Shown piece after piece: positions 9,094-17,097 of a stretch of 64,000 nt of DNA. Position 1 is the stretch's first letter, and each line of letters begins with the position of its first letter. Position numbers and translations under genes: made by a program. Where the stretch lies: the sequence record MK573636; one strand, 5' to 3'. The notes under the pieces were generated by a model. It searched no databases. It saw nothing but the letters and a program-made list of their open reading frames with translations, and was not told the DNA's origin. This DNA comes from Escherichia phage vB_EcoM_PHB13.

Positions 9094-9559
9094 TAATGAA
9101 GGGGCGAAAGCCCCTAAACCTAAAAAATTGTCAAAGAAAGAGCAACGCCAGATCCTGAAAATGAAATATGGTGGACGTTGTGCCTATTGTGGCGAGGAAC
9201 TAGGGGATCGCTGGCACGCAGACCACATCAAACCAGTATTGCGACGCTCAAAGGTAGTCTATGATGAAAATGGACGAATTGCCCGTAATGATGATGGATC
9301 GTGGAAGTATAAGGTTGTAGGAATGCATAAACCGGAACATGATATACTTGATAACATGAATCCGGCGTGTGTGCAATGCAATCTTTATAAAAGCTGTATG
9401 GGCTTAGAATACTGGCGTAAGTTTATACGCGAGAACTTCCAGAAGTACATTCAGCGAAATATGGGGTTGCGAGCGGCTAAACGCTTTGGCTTGCTGTCAA
9501 TTCATGACCAGCCAGTAGAATTTTATTTCGAAAAGTACGAGCGCGAAAATAAGGAGTAA
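9086..9559 (+). CDS. HNH nuclease
   Basis: CAYCGEE...HADHIKPV...NMNPACVQCNLYK: CxxC, H-x-DH, N, CxxC-N-x-x-K HNH core. Confidence 0.65.
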   Translation: MCDNEGAKAPKPKKLSKKEQRQILKMKYGGRCAYCGEELGDRWHADHIKPVLRRSKVVYDENGRIARNDDGSWKYKVVGMHKPEHDILDNMNPACVQCNLYKSCMGLEYWRKFIRENFQKYIQRNMGLRAAKRFGLLSIHDQPVEFYFEKYERENKE

Positions 9560-9566
9560 CCATTAT

Positions 9567-9911
9567 ATGTTCTTTATGTTTATCTATATCCTTTTTGTTT
9601 TCCTGGTAGGCATGTACGCAAGCCGTTTAAACCGTAGCGTTATCGGTTATGTTCTCCTATCTTTGATCATTAGCCCGTTGATCACCTTTATCATTTTGTT
9701 GGTGTTGGGTCCAACTAAATCATATGAACAGGAACAAGCAGACAAGCTAAAAGCAGAGATGGTAGAGAAACAATTTGTTCAACTGTATCTAGAAAACCCA
9801 GAGTTTGAGGAAGTTTCCACCCTTAAGCGAATGTATGACGATCTAACACGATACCCTAACTATCGAAATGTGCTGGCTATGGAAGAAGCCATTAAGCTCA
9901 TGAAAAAATAA
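9567..9911 (+). CDS. hypothetical membrane protein
   Basis: AAGGAG site; two predicted transmembrane helices in first 50 residues. Confidence 0.5.
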   Translation: MFFMFIYILFVFLVGMYASRLNRSVIGYVLLSLIISPLITFIILLVLGPTKSYEQEQADKLKAEMVEKQFVQLYLENPEFEEVSTLKRMYDDLTRYPNYRNVLAMEEAIKLMKK

Positions 9912-9924
9912 TTCAAAAAAGTTG

Positions 9925-9953
9925 TTGACAGGGGATCACGTATCCCCTATACT
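9925..9953 (+). promoter_or_regulatory. sigma70-like early promoter cassette
   Basis: AAAAAGTTGTTGACA, spacer GGGGATCACGTATCCCC (inverted repeat), TATACT; ATG at 9997. Confidence 0.6.
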
Positions 9954-9996
9954 ACACACATCAAAACGAAACACACTTTCTTAAGGAGAATCAAAA

Positions 9997-10308
9997 ATGA
10001 AATACATCGTAACGCTGCCAATGATTGACTTCGACGGAACCATGAACACCCAGAAGACCATGAGCGCGGAGAACCAACTGAAAAACGCTACCCTGATTCG
10101 TGAAGTTCGCAAGGCACTGGCAAAAGAATTTAACACCAAAATTCATTCTGTAACTGGCGAACGTTTCGCGGATCATCTTGATATCAATATCAAACCAGTG
10201 CGCAACGGTGTTATCTCTGTAACAACCAACCGCCCACATGCTGACGCTGATAATCTGACCGCTCGCGCAGAAGATGTAATTATGACCGTTATCATGGAAA
10301 AACTTTAA
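9997..10308 (+). CDS. hypothetical early protein; paralog of 13313..13600
   Basis: 103 aa; shares REVRKALAKEFNTK / LVRDAVAKEFNFK block with 13313 ORF. Confidence 0.5.
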   Translation: MKYIVTLPMIDFDGTMNTQKTMSAENQLKNATLIREVRKALAKEFNTKIHSVTGERFADHLDINIKPVRNGVISVTTNRPHADADNLTARAEDVIMTVIMEKL

Positions 10309-10317
10309 AAAAAGTTG

Positions 10318-10347
10318 TTGACAGGGGAGGTTAAACTCCCCTATAAT
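10318..10347 (+). promoter_or_regulatory. sigma70-like early promoter cassette
   Basis: TTGACA, 18-bp spacer GGGGAGGTTAAACTCCCC, TATAAT. Confidence 0.6.
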
Positions 10348-10381
10348 ACACACATACCGAAACGAACTAGGAGAATCAATT

Positions 10382-10561
10382 ATGAACTTCAACGAAATCA
10401 TCGCTAAAATCCGCTACAACGAAGAAACCATTGAACTGATGCAAAACAATATCACCAATGGATATATGATTGCAGCGTCACAAGAAATCATTGATTTGAC
10501 GGTAGCAGAAAATGCTCAGTTGAAACATCAACTTTCAACGGCTGGCGTGATTGTTATGTAA
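10382..10561 (+). CDS. small hypothetical protein, 59 aa, not in ORF track
   Basis: ATG after cassette GGAGAATCAATT; translation MNFNEIIAKIRYNEETIELMQNN... Confidence 0.45.
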   Translation: MNFNEIIAKIRYNEETIELMQNNITNGYMIAASQEIIDLTVAENAQLKHQLSTAGVIVM

Positions 10562-10578
10562 TAAAGAGAGGTGACTAA

Positions 10579-10881
10579 ATGGCAAAAGTTCAGGTAGGTG
10601 AGGTCTTCAAAATGGAAGACCATACCGTGGAAGAGATGAAAGGCGCAGTATTGAAAGTAATTAATTCAATGTGGCGTAGTGTGCTTTACATCAACTTTAT
10701 CGACGGTGATGTGTGGTGGGCTAGCGATAGCGATAAATGGGATATCAAGTTCTACAAAGGTCATACTCACTGGTTAGGATCAGAGGATGTTGTAGAAGTT
10801 CTGGCGGTTGATGTTATGCCAGGAGAGATCGAGAATCTTAGCGGAACAGCAAAAGAAGCATTGACACGCCATTTTGCGTAA
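10579..10881 (+). CDS. HxHW-family small protein, copy 1 of 6
   Basis: 100 aa; GHTHW ... VLAVDVMPGE signature shared with five downstream paralogs. Confidence 0.55.
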   Translation: MAKVQVGEVFKMEDHTVEEMKGAVLKVINSMWRSVLYINFIDGDVWWASDSDKWDIKFYKGHTHWLGSEDVVEVLAVDVMPGEIENLSGTAKEALTRHFA

Positions 10882-10937
10882 TGTAGTATAACAATAATCG
10901 GGAGGGTAATACTCTCCCACAAATTGAGGATAATATT

Positions 10938-11129
10938 ATGTGTGGTCTTAAAATGGTTGCTGAATATAAGCGAACTGGTAATGTTATGATGTATCGACGC
11001 AATGCCAACGAAGAATGGAAACCTTCAAACCGCATTAAATCCATCCAGACGTTTATGAATAACATCAAAGAAAACCTTTTCGTTAAGCGTGCTGGTGCTG
11101 GACATTGGGAAGTTTACGAAGCTGTATAA
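10938..11129 (+). CDS. hypothetical protein
   Basis: 63 aa; preceded by degenerate cassette hairpin GGGAGGGTAATACTCTCCC and GAGGA site. Confidence 0.4.
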   Translation: MCGLKMVAEYKRTGNVMMYRRNANEEWKPSNRIKSIQTFMNNIKENLFVKRAGAGHWEVYEAV

Positions 11130-11145
11130 TTTTGAGGAAAATATT

Positions 11146-11454
11146 ATGGAACAAACTAAGCTATTTGTCGCGGAACCTTTTGTAAGAGACAATAAAAATC
11201 TGGCTAAAACAATCATTTTGTATTCGGATTGGATCTTTTATATCGATGGTAATTTAGACGTATATTGTCGCACAGCTCCAACTGATTCGTTTTATATCGA
11301 AGAAAACGACACTCATAATCATTGGTATGATGGAAACGACAAAACCGAACTAGCTGTTGTCCTAGCGTCAGACGTAGAACCTGAAAACGCGGACAAAGTA
11401 GCAGACAAATTTATGAAGTACGCATATAAAGATAAAAATGAAGATGAAGAATAA
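11146..11454 (+). CDS. HxHW-family small protein, copy 2 of 6
   Basis: THNHW ... LAVVLASDVEPENADKVADKF; ORF track start 11089 trimmed to ATG 11146. Confidence 0.5.
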   Translation: MEQTKLFVAEPFVRDNKNLAKTIILYSDWIFYIDGNLDVYCRTAPTDSFYIEENDTHNHWYDGNDKTELAVVLASDVEPENADKVADKFMKYAYKDKNEDEE

Positions 11455-11461
11455 AAAGTTG

Positions 11462-11490
11462 TTGACAGGGGATCACCGATCCCCTATAAT
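11462..11490 (+). promoter_or_regulatory. sigma70-like early promoter cassette
   Basis: TTGACA, spacer GGGGATCACCGATCCCC, TATAAT. Confidence 0.6.
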
Positions 11491-11524
11491 ACACACATAC
11501 CAACGAGATATAGGAGAATCAAAA

Positions 11525-11692
11525 ATGTTCCAGACTAAAGCAGAATGCGAAGCATACATTGTAGCAAACCACGGTGAAGACTACCTGAAATTCGATATCG
11601 TAGTAGCACAGAAGATCACCGGAATGGTTGCAAAATATCTGGGTGTTAAAGAAGGTTACTATCCTAGCAACGCACCAGAAATTAACAAATAA
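11525..11692 (+). CDS. small protein, 55 aa; near-identical paralog of 14783..14950
   Basis: MFQTKAECEAYIVANHGEDYLKFDIVVAQKITGMVAKYLGVKEGYYPSNAPEINK versus MFETKAACEAYIIETHGEDYLKFDIVVAQKIVGMVAKYLGVKEGYYPSNAPEINK; ORF track start 11438 lies inside the promoter. Confidence 0.55.
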   Translation: MFQTKAECEAYIVANHGEDYLKFDIVVAQKITGMVAKYLGVKEGYYPSNAPEINK

Positions 11693-11695
11693 TAG

Positions 11696-11724
11696 TTGAC
11701 AATGATTAAAGGGAGTAGTAAGAT
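11696..11724 (+). promoter_or_regulatory. sigma70-like early promoter cassette
   Basis: TTGACA, 17-bp spacer, TAAGAT; inverted repeat GGGAGTA/TACTCCC identical to the copy at 1121. Confidence 0.55.
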
Positions 11725-11756
11725 ACTCCCATCAAGACAACAAACGGAGAATCAAA

Positions 11757-11936
11757 ATGAAAGCTATCGAAGTTCAGAAGTACATGGAAATCATCGTTGA
11801 AAGTAAAGCACATTTAGTGTTGACTACTCACGTAGGATATGATAAAAATGTGCATATGCTGGTAGACAACATCGGCTGGATGAAGTTTAATCCTAACGAG
11901 AACGTACAAGCTCAAGAAATGACCATCCCTTTCTAA
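11757..11936 (+). CDS. small hypothetical protein, 59 aa, not in ORF track
   Basis: ATG after cassette GGAGAATCAAA; translation MKAIEVQKYMEIIVESKAHLVLTTHVGYDKNVHM... Confidence 0.45.
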   Translation: MKAIEVQKYMEIIVESKAHLVLTTHVGYDKNVHMLVDNIGWMKFNPNENVQAQEMTIPF

Positions 11937-11948
11937 GAGGAATATATT

Positions 11949-12227
11949 ATGATGCGAATTACTGCAACGCTGGATAAGACACACAAAGAAAGATTTTTCG
12001 GTATGATCTTAAAAACGCCGATTTTCGATAATTACCTTTATGTTGACTATAACGGTCACATTAGCTATAAATGTAAAAATGATATTCGTGATTCCTTTGG
12101 TGATAAATCACAAGCCGATATTCACGATCATTGGTGGAACCATGACGAACCTTTACGGGTTATCGCAGTTGATGTAAAAACAACAAAAGAAGCTGATAAG
12201 GTAGTGAATGATTATGAGCAAATTTAA
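11949..12227 (+). CDS. HxHW-family small protein, copy 3 of 6
   Basis: IHDHWWNHDEPLRVIAVDVKTTKEADKVV; AAGAGGA site. Confidence 0.55.
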   Translation: MMRITATLDKTHKERFFGMILKTPIFDNYLYVDYNGHISYKCKNDIRDSFGDKSQADIHDHWWNHDEPLRVIAVDVKTTKEADKVVNDYEQI

Positions 12228-12423
12228 AGATTATAAAGCATATCAACAGATCTTGCGAGTATACGAACCAGAGTTCGCCGAAAAGATGATGGAAGATGCA
12301 TCAAAATGCCCGTCCTTTTCTGGAAACAAAAACCATTATTCTACTGGTATTGTATCATGGAAAGAAACCGCATATACTCAACAATGGATAGATGTGTTTT
12401 CAAAAACTCTTGATTGGTGTTAA
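12208..12423 (+). CDS. small protein; tandem paralog A
   Basis: MSKFKDYKAY ... MMEDA ... W; paralogous to the next gene. Confidence 0.45.
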   Translation: MIMSKFKDYKAYQQILRVYEPEFAEKMMEDASKCPSFSGNKNHYSTGIVSWKETAYTQQWIDVFSKTLDWC

Positions 12424-12425
12424 TT

Positions 12426-12641
12426 ATGAGTAAATTTAAAGATTATCGAGCATATAAAGCGATCTGCGATATATTCGATGAAAAGACCGCTCATGCAATG
12501 ATGGAAGATGCAGAACAATATGAATCATTCGTCAATTCCAAAGATTGCACAGTAAACGAGGTTGTGTGCTGGAAAGATACAAAGTATGAAGAAAAATGGA
12601 TTACTGTGTATTACGGAGAACTAGAATATGAAATTAACTAA
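12426..12641 (+). CDS. small protein; tandem paralog B
   Basis: MSKFKDYRAY ... MMEDA ... W; ORF track start 12414 is TTG, ATG at 12426. Confidence 0.45.
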   Translation: MSKFKDYRAYKAICDIFDEKTAHAMMEDAEQYESFVNSKDCTVNEVVCWKDTKYEEKWITVYYGELEYEIN

Positions 12642-12948
12642 AAAGATTTTCCCAGAATTGCGTAACTGTCTGTTACTGGTTACTGAATATAAACCTTATA
12701 CGATCTACTTGTATGTTGATGAAAATCTGAAAATCCGTTACTATGATTATACGTCTCCAGTAATGAGATCATTTGCTCACGCGATAGCAAACAATTGTAT
12801 GAATCATAATCATTGGGTAAGTGATAATGATCATGATGCGTCAGAAGTTGTAGTGATCGCATGGAATCTATCACCAGCGGAAGCAGATCAAGCACGCATT
12901 AAGCATTATGCGAAAAACAATTGGTTTGACCTTATAAGTGAGGACTAA
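12628..12948 (+). CDS. HxHW-family small protein, copy 4 of 6
   Basis: MNHNHWVSDNDHDASEVVVIAWNLSPAEADQARIKHY. Confidence 0.5.
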   Translation: MKLTKKIFPELRNCLLLVTEYKPYTIYLYVDENLKIRYYDYTSPVMRSFAHAIANNCMNHNHWVSDNDHDASEVVVIAWNLSPAEADQARIKHYAKNNWFDLISED

Positions 12949-12952
12949 TATT

Positions 12953-13231
12953 ATGTTCAAAGTAGGTGATAAGTTTATTCTTAGTCGTGATATTCTCCCT
13001 AATCTGAAAGGTTGTATCATCAATCCTAGTAAAAATTCATGGTTTTATCTGTTTATCGACGACAAACTGAATGTACGCGCCGAATATAAAGAAGGTCTTC
13101 GTACTGGTCTAGGTTTCTTTCACGATCATGATCATAGCCATTGGCTAAACGGTGGATTCGAAGCAACGGTGCTAGCGGTTGATGTGACTTACACGAACAT
13201 CATAGAAAAATATCAAAAAATTATTTTATAA
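12953..13231 (+). CDS. HxHW-family small protein, copy 5 of 6
   Basis: FHDHDHSHWLNGGFEATVLAVDVTY; GAGGA site 9 nt upstream of ATG 12953. Confidence 0.5.
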   Translation: MFKVGDKFILSRDILPNLKGCIINPSKNSWFYLFIDDKLNVRAEYKEGLRTGLGFFHDHDHSHWLNGGFEATVLAVDVTYTNIIEKYQKIIL

Positions 13232-13237
13232 AAAGTG

Positions 13238-13266
13238 TTGACATAAGATCGGGTGTATAGCATAAT
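13238..13266 (+). promoter_or_regulatory. sigma70-like early promoter cassette
   Basis: TTGACA, 17-bp spacer, CATAAT inside perfect 8-bp inverted repeat GGGTGTAT/ATACACCC. Confidence 0.55.
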
Positions 13267-13312
13267 ACACCCATCGAAACGAGATACACTTTCTAACTAG
13301 GAGAATCAAATT

Positions 13313-13600
13313 ATGGCATACATCACTATCACTCTGAAAGTTAACAAATTTGCTCACGCTGCACACGAAACCGATAATGCAATCCGTAACAACAAGTTTG
13401 CACGTCTGGTACGCGATGCAGTAGCTAAAGAGTTCAACTTCAAATTTGCAGATGGTAAAGTTATCACTAAATGGACTCATGACGGCGAAACTAAAGTAGA
13501 ACTTGCTGACAACTTCGCAAATCAGGAATATGCACACCGCCGCATCAATGAAATCATCAGCGATGAACTCTACTACGGAGTACAGGAAGGTTTGTTTTAA
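13313..13600 (+). CDS. hypothetical early protein; paralog of 9997..10308
   Basis: 95 aa; shared AKEFN block. Confidence 0.5.
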   Translation: MAYITITLKVNKFAHAAHETDNAIRNNKFARLVRDAVAKEFNFKFADGKVITKWTHDGETKVELADNFANQEYAHRRINEIISDELYYGVQEGLF

Positions 13601-13604
13601 TATA

Positions 13605-13626
13605 GGGGGCGTTAAGCCCCTTTTAA
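13605..13626 (+). terminator. rho-independent terminator
   Basis: GGGGGCGTTAAGCCCC hairpin followed by TTTT. Confidence 0.55.
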
Positions 13627-13649
13627 TCTATCTGAATGAGGATATCACT

Positions 13650-13958
13650 ATGAAAAATCTTGTAGTTGAATTTACCCGCGAGAATTTACCACAATTTCGC
13701 AATTCTCTGCTTAAACTAGAGAACAGTAATTATGATGTATATTTTTACATCACCGAAGATCTAGAGATCCTTTACGCTGATTACCCAGGTCCGATCCGTA
13801 CCTTCGAAACCGCATCAAAATATAAAAATGTGCACGGTCATGAGCACTGGTTACGAGAAAACCCAGGTCGCAAGAAAGCACGCGTTAAAGTGTTGGCGAT
13901 TGACATAACACCAGCATACGCCGACCGGATTGCACAGAATGATTATTTGTCTAAATGA
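13650..13958 (+). CDS. HxHW-family small protein, copy 6 of 6
   Basis: VHGHEHWLRENPGRKKARVKVLAIDITPAYADRIAQNDY; ORF track start 13503 trimmed to ATG 13650 with GAGGA site. Confidence 0.5.
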   Translation: MKNLVVEFTRENLPQFRNSLLKLENSNYDVYFYITEDLEILYADYPGPIRTFETASKYKNVHGHEHWLRENPGRKKARVKVLAIDITPAYADRIAQNDYLSK

Positions 13959-13965
13959 TTTCATT

Positions 13966-13991
13966 AGCCGACCTTAGTGTCGGCTTTTTTA
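13966..13991 (+). terminator. rho-independent terminator
   Basis: GCCGAC-loop-GTCGGC hairpin followed by TTTTTT. Confidence 0.6.
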
Positions 13992-14016
13992 TTGCATAAA
14001 ATTTAAAAAAAAGGCA

Positions 14017-14045
14017 TTGACACCAGATCACGCCTATAGCATAAT
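14017..14045 (+). promoter_or_regulatory. sigma70-like early promoter cassette, one hairpin arm lost
   Basis: TTGACA, 17-bp spacer, CATAAT, ATACACCC arm only; conserved leader CATCGAAACGAGATACCACTTAGGAGAATCAAA. Confidence 0.5.
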
Positions 14046-14085
14046 ACACCCATCGAAACGAGATACCACTTAGGAGAATCAAACA

Positions 14086-14355
14086 ATGGCGCTGACTAAA
14101 ACCACTACCAACTTTGCAAAACGTCACGGCTTCGACCTTGAAATCAATAGCTTTAACGATTACACCCTTCTGTGTGTATATGAAATCGAAAATGATTGCG
14201 AGTGGATGTTCAGCTATCGCGTAAACGAAGACGGATCTTTCACTTGGAACGGAAATATCTATCTTGCACAGGAAGTAAAAGAAGAACTTCCGGCGACTAT
14301 CAAAGATGAGAAACATTTACGTCAAGTTTTAAAATTTATTTCTGAAAATATCTAA
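14086..14355 (+). CDS. hypothetical early protein
   Basis: 89-aa ORF after cassette. Confidence 0.5.
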   Translation: MALTKTTTNFAKRHGFDLEINSFNDYTLLCVYEIENDCEWMFSYRVNEDGSFTWNGNIYLAQEVKEELPATIKDEKHLRQVLKFISENI

Positions 14356-14362
14356 AAAGTTG

Positions 14363-14391
14363 TTGACACCAAAGTAAGAACATAGCATAAT
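14363..14391 (+). promoter_or_regulatory. sigma70-like early promoter cassette
   Basis: AAAAAGTTGTTGACA, 17-bp spacer, CATAAT. Confidence 0.5.
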
Positions 14392-14424
14392 ACACCCATA
14401 CCGAAACGAACTGGAGAATCAAAA

Positions 14425-14706
14425 ATGAAATTCATCAAAGCAACCGAAATCCTGAAAAACAAAGAAGCATACATCGGAAACATCGTTGGTATGAACATTC
14501 GCGGCGCTGGTAGCCAGTGGACCAAACTGGTTGATGTTAAAGCTAAAGGCGATAAAATTGAGTTCACTGTAAAAATGCTTACTCATAACGCACATATGGG
14601 TATCAAGACAAAAACGATGGCAGCAGATAAAAGCATCAACTATCAGGATCTGGGTGATTGGCTGAACTGGTGCAAAATGCACAACATCGAAACTAATCAC
14701 GAATAA
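14425..14706 (+). CDS. hypothetical early protein
   Basis: 93-aa ORF after cassette. Confidence 0.5.
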   Translation: MKFIKATEILKNKEAYIGNIVGMNIRGAGSQWTKLVDVKAKGDKIEFTVKMLTHNAHMGIKTKTMAADKSINYQDLGDWLNWCKMHNIETNHE

Positions 14707-14720
14707 TTTTAAAAAAGTTG

Positions 14721-14749
14721 TTGACGGGGATCGGGAGATCCCCTATAAT
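14721..14749 (+). promoter_or_regulatory. sigma70-like early promoter cassette
   Basis: TTGACG, spacer GGGGATCGGGAGATCCCC, TATAAT. Confidence 0.55.
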
Positions 14750-14782
14750 ACACACATACCGAAACGAAATAGGAGAATCAAA

Positions 14783-14950
14783 ATGTTCGAGACTAAAGCA
14801 GCATGTGAAGCATATATCATTGAAACCCACGGCGAAGATTATCTGAAATTTGACATTGTAGTAGCACAGAAGATTGTAGGGATGGTTGCGAAATACCTCG
14901 GAGTTAAAGAAGGTTACTATCCAAGCAACGCACCGGAAATTAACAAATAA
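14783..14950 (+). CDS. small protein, 55 aa; near-identical paralog of 11525..11692; not in ORF track
   Basis: See 11525 feature; ATG after AGGAGAATCAAA. Confidence 0.5.
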   Translation: MFETKAACEAYIIETHGEDYLKFDIVVAQKIVGMVAKYLGVKEGYYPSNAPEINK

Positions 14951-14965
14951 TTTTTATAAAAAGTG

Positions 14966-14994
14966 TTGACAGGGGAGACACCCTCCCCTATAAT
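14966..14994 (+). promoter_or_regulatory. sigma70-like early promoter cassette
   Basis: TTGACA, spacer GGGGAGACACCCTCCCC, TATAAT. Confidence 0.6.
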
Positions 14995-15034
14995 ACAACC
15001 ATCAAGACGAGATACCACTTAGGAGAATCAAACA

Positions 15035-15286
15035 ATGGCTAACATCGAAACCGCAAAGAAAATCGCTAAAGACCTGAACGTTAAAGGCTTCCGTAAACTG
15101 AAATTACAGCGTGTACGCTACACCATCGGCAAACAGTGCTCTTTCATGAGCGAAGAAGTTGCTAACAGCCTCATTGATAACCTGATTGCGGCTGGCTGGG
15201 AAGTTGCGGATCTGAAAACTTGCCGCGAACTGGCTAACAAAGGTCTTTTAGATTCTGTTACTATAAAACCAATGGGGGCAGCGTGA
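15035..15286 (+). CDS. hypothetical protein, first gene of a five-gene operon
   Basis: 83 aa; first 16 nt (ATGGCTAACATCGAAA) identical to the start of the 17164 gene. Confidence 0.5.
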   Translation: MANIETAKKIAKDLNVKGFRKLKLQRVRYTIGKQCSFMSEEVANSLIDNLIAAGWEVADLKTCRELANKGLLDSVTIKPMGAA

Positions 15287-15528
15287 AAAGAAAATTAATT
15301 AAACGAAATAAGGAATTTTTGAATAACTGCATTAAGGTTGCTAATGGTTGGCCTTTGTTCCTCTTCCTTTATGATTGGTATTCTAAACAATCGGTAGAGG
15401 AAACACGACACTATAAGAAGATCAGAAAAGAATCATATACAAAACAAGGCCGCATTAACGGACTTTACTTAATGTGGCACGGCAAAGAACCTTCTAAAAT
15501 CTGTGTTGGATTAAAGGGGCGTATATGA
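15283..15528 (+). CDS. basic hypothetical protein
   Basis: 81 aa; apparent GTG start overlapping upstream stop; no internal ATG until residue 64, so start is uncertain. Confidence 0.35.
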   Translation: MKRKLIKRNKEFLNNCIKVANGWPLFLFLYDWYSKQSVEETRHYKKIRKESYTKQGRINGLYLMWHGKEPSKICVGLKGRI

Positions 15529-16241
15529 AACAAAAATTAATATTCTGCAACTTTGACGGATCGGGGATAATGGGGCTAGAATGGGCTAAAGCAGGTCATA
15601 AGGTGATCTGCTTTAATGCAGATGATGCCGACCACGGCACATACAAAAAGTATAATACCCGATTTGAACATCCAAACATTACATATGTAAACACATGGAT
15701 TGATTTGGATTGGCTGGAAAGAGCAATGGACCTTGAATGGGGAAAACCAGATATTATCTTTGCATTCCCACCGTGCACCAATTTAGCTGTTAGTGGCGCT
15801 GCACACTTTGAACGAAAGAAACGAGAACAAGGACCATTAATTCAAGTTCATGATGTAAGGGCAGCTAAAATAACCGCTTATTTGGGCGAATGGTTAGAAG
15901 TTCCCTACATGATAGAGAATCCTGTAAGCGTTATCTCTAGCATGTGGCGTAAGCCTGATTACATGTTCCACCCGTGGGAATATGGCGGTTATTTGCCGGA
16001 ATATGATATACATCCTACGTTTCCTGAGTATATTGCCTCCCGTGATATGTACCCGAAAAAGACTTGCTTATGGACGGGACAAGGTTTTATAATGCCAGAA
16101 AAGAAACCTATACCGATTAATAAAGGGTACAGTAAACAGCATTCTAAGCTAGGCGGGAAAGGAACCAGAACAAAGACTATCAGGTCACTTACCCCGCGAG
16201 GATTCGCAAAGGCAGTATTTGAAGCCAATAAGGATCTATGA
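15525..16241 (+). CDS. cytosine-C5 methyltransferase-like protein (mini Dcm fold)
   Basis: Motif I-like LIFCNFDGSG, motif IV-like FAFPPCTNLAVSGAA (Pro-Cys), motif VI-like MIENPVS, C-terminal RSLTPRGFAKAV; only 238 aa with no room for a target-recognition domain. Confidence 0.45.
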   Translation: MKQKLIFCNFDGSGIMGLEWAKAGHKVICFNADDADHGTYKKYNTRFEHPNITYVNTWIDLDWLERAMDLEWGKPDIIFAFPPCTNLAVSGAAHFERKKREQGPLIQVHDVRAAKITAYLGEWLEVPYMIENPVSVISSMWRKPDYMFHPWEYGGYLPEYDIHPTFPEYIASRDMYPKKTCLWTGQGFIMPEKKPIPINKGYSKQHSKLGGKGTRTKTIRSLTPRGFAKAVFEANKDL

Positions 16242-16570
16242 TGGGATTGTTTAAGTATTCGCTAACGTCAAATTACGATAAACAAGGTCATTGCATCAGT
16301 TGCCCTGATTGTCGTAGCCATAACATCGAAAGCAAGATCACCGATCATATTGATGGACTTTGGTCGCCAGCAAGCGAGATAGAATACTATTGCGCTGATT
16401 GTGGAATTGTAGTAGCATATTGGGCATACGGATCATATGATCCTTACTTCCAGATGGGAGAGCGTTCAATCCCTGCTCTTATCTGGAGAATTAAGAACAA
16501 TATCCGCCATTCATGGGATGAGTTCTTAAAAGATATTGATTTACGTGATGATCCATTCAGGAGACTATAA
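16238..16570 (+). CDS. zinc-ribbon protein
   Basis: CISCPDC ... CADCG (two CxxC pairs); start overlaps upstream stop. Confidence 0.4.
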   Translation: MMGLFKYSLTSNYDKQGHCISCPDCRSHNIESKITDHIDGLWSPASEIEYYCADCGIVVAYWAYGSYDPYFQMGERSIPALIWRIKNNIRHSWDEFLKDIDLRDDPFRRL

Positions 16571-16571
16571 C

Positions 16572-17090
16572 ATGAACCGTTTGACGCCTAAACGCCGTTA
16601 CTATACCAATACTAAAAACTTTGTCATCTCTGTTTATGAGGCGTGGTTAGAAGATGGCTATATCAACATGAACCCAGATTACCAGCGTCCTTTGGTATGG
16701 GACACCGAAAACAAACGTATGTTTATCGAAAACCTGATTAATGATTTTCCGGTTGGTGCTATCGCAATGGCTAAGATTGATGATGGCTCTCGCTATGAGA
16801 TCGAAATCGTGGACGGTAAACAGCGTTTAAACGCAATATTCTCCTTTATGAAAGATGAGTTTAGCATTGCTGGTAATGATGATTCTATGTTGTATTACAG
16901 TGATTTTACGCCAGCAGAAAAGCGACGTTTTCGCAATCTCGGACTACCCGCGATCATGATGGAAGAGAGCACACGAGAAGATCGATTAGAATATTTCTAC
17001 AAAACAAACTTTTTCGGTGTGCCTCAATCAGAAGATCATCGCCAGCATGTGATTGCATTATTGCAAGATGAGCAATTAAAAAATAACTAA
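16572..17090 (+). CDS. DUF262 / ParB-like nuclease-superfamily domain protein
   Basis: NPDYQRPLVWD ... EIVDGKQRLNAI (YQR-W and DGxQR motifs); ORF track start 16536 trimmed to ATG 16572 with AGGAG site. Confidence 0.6.
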   Translation: MNRLTPKRRYYTNTKNFVISVYEAWLEDGYINMNPDYQRPLVWDTENKRMFIENLINDFPVGAIAMAKIDDGSRYEIEIVDGKQRLNAIFSFMKDEFSIAGNDDSMLYYSDFTPAEKRRFRNLGLPAIMMEESTREDRLEYFYKTNFFGVPQSEDHRQHVIALLQDEQLKNN

Positions 17091-17097
17091 AAAGTTG

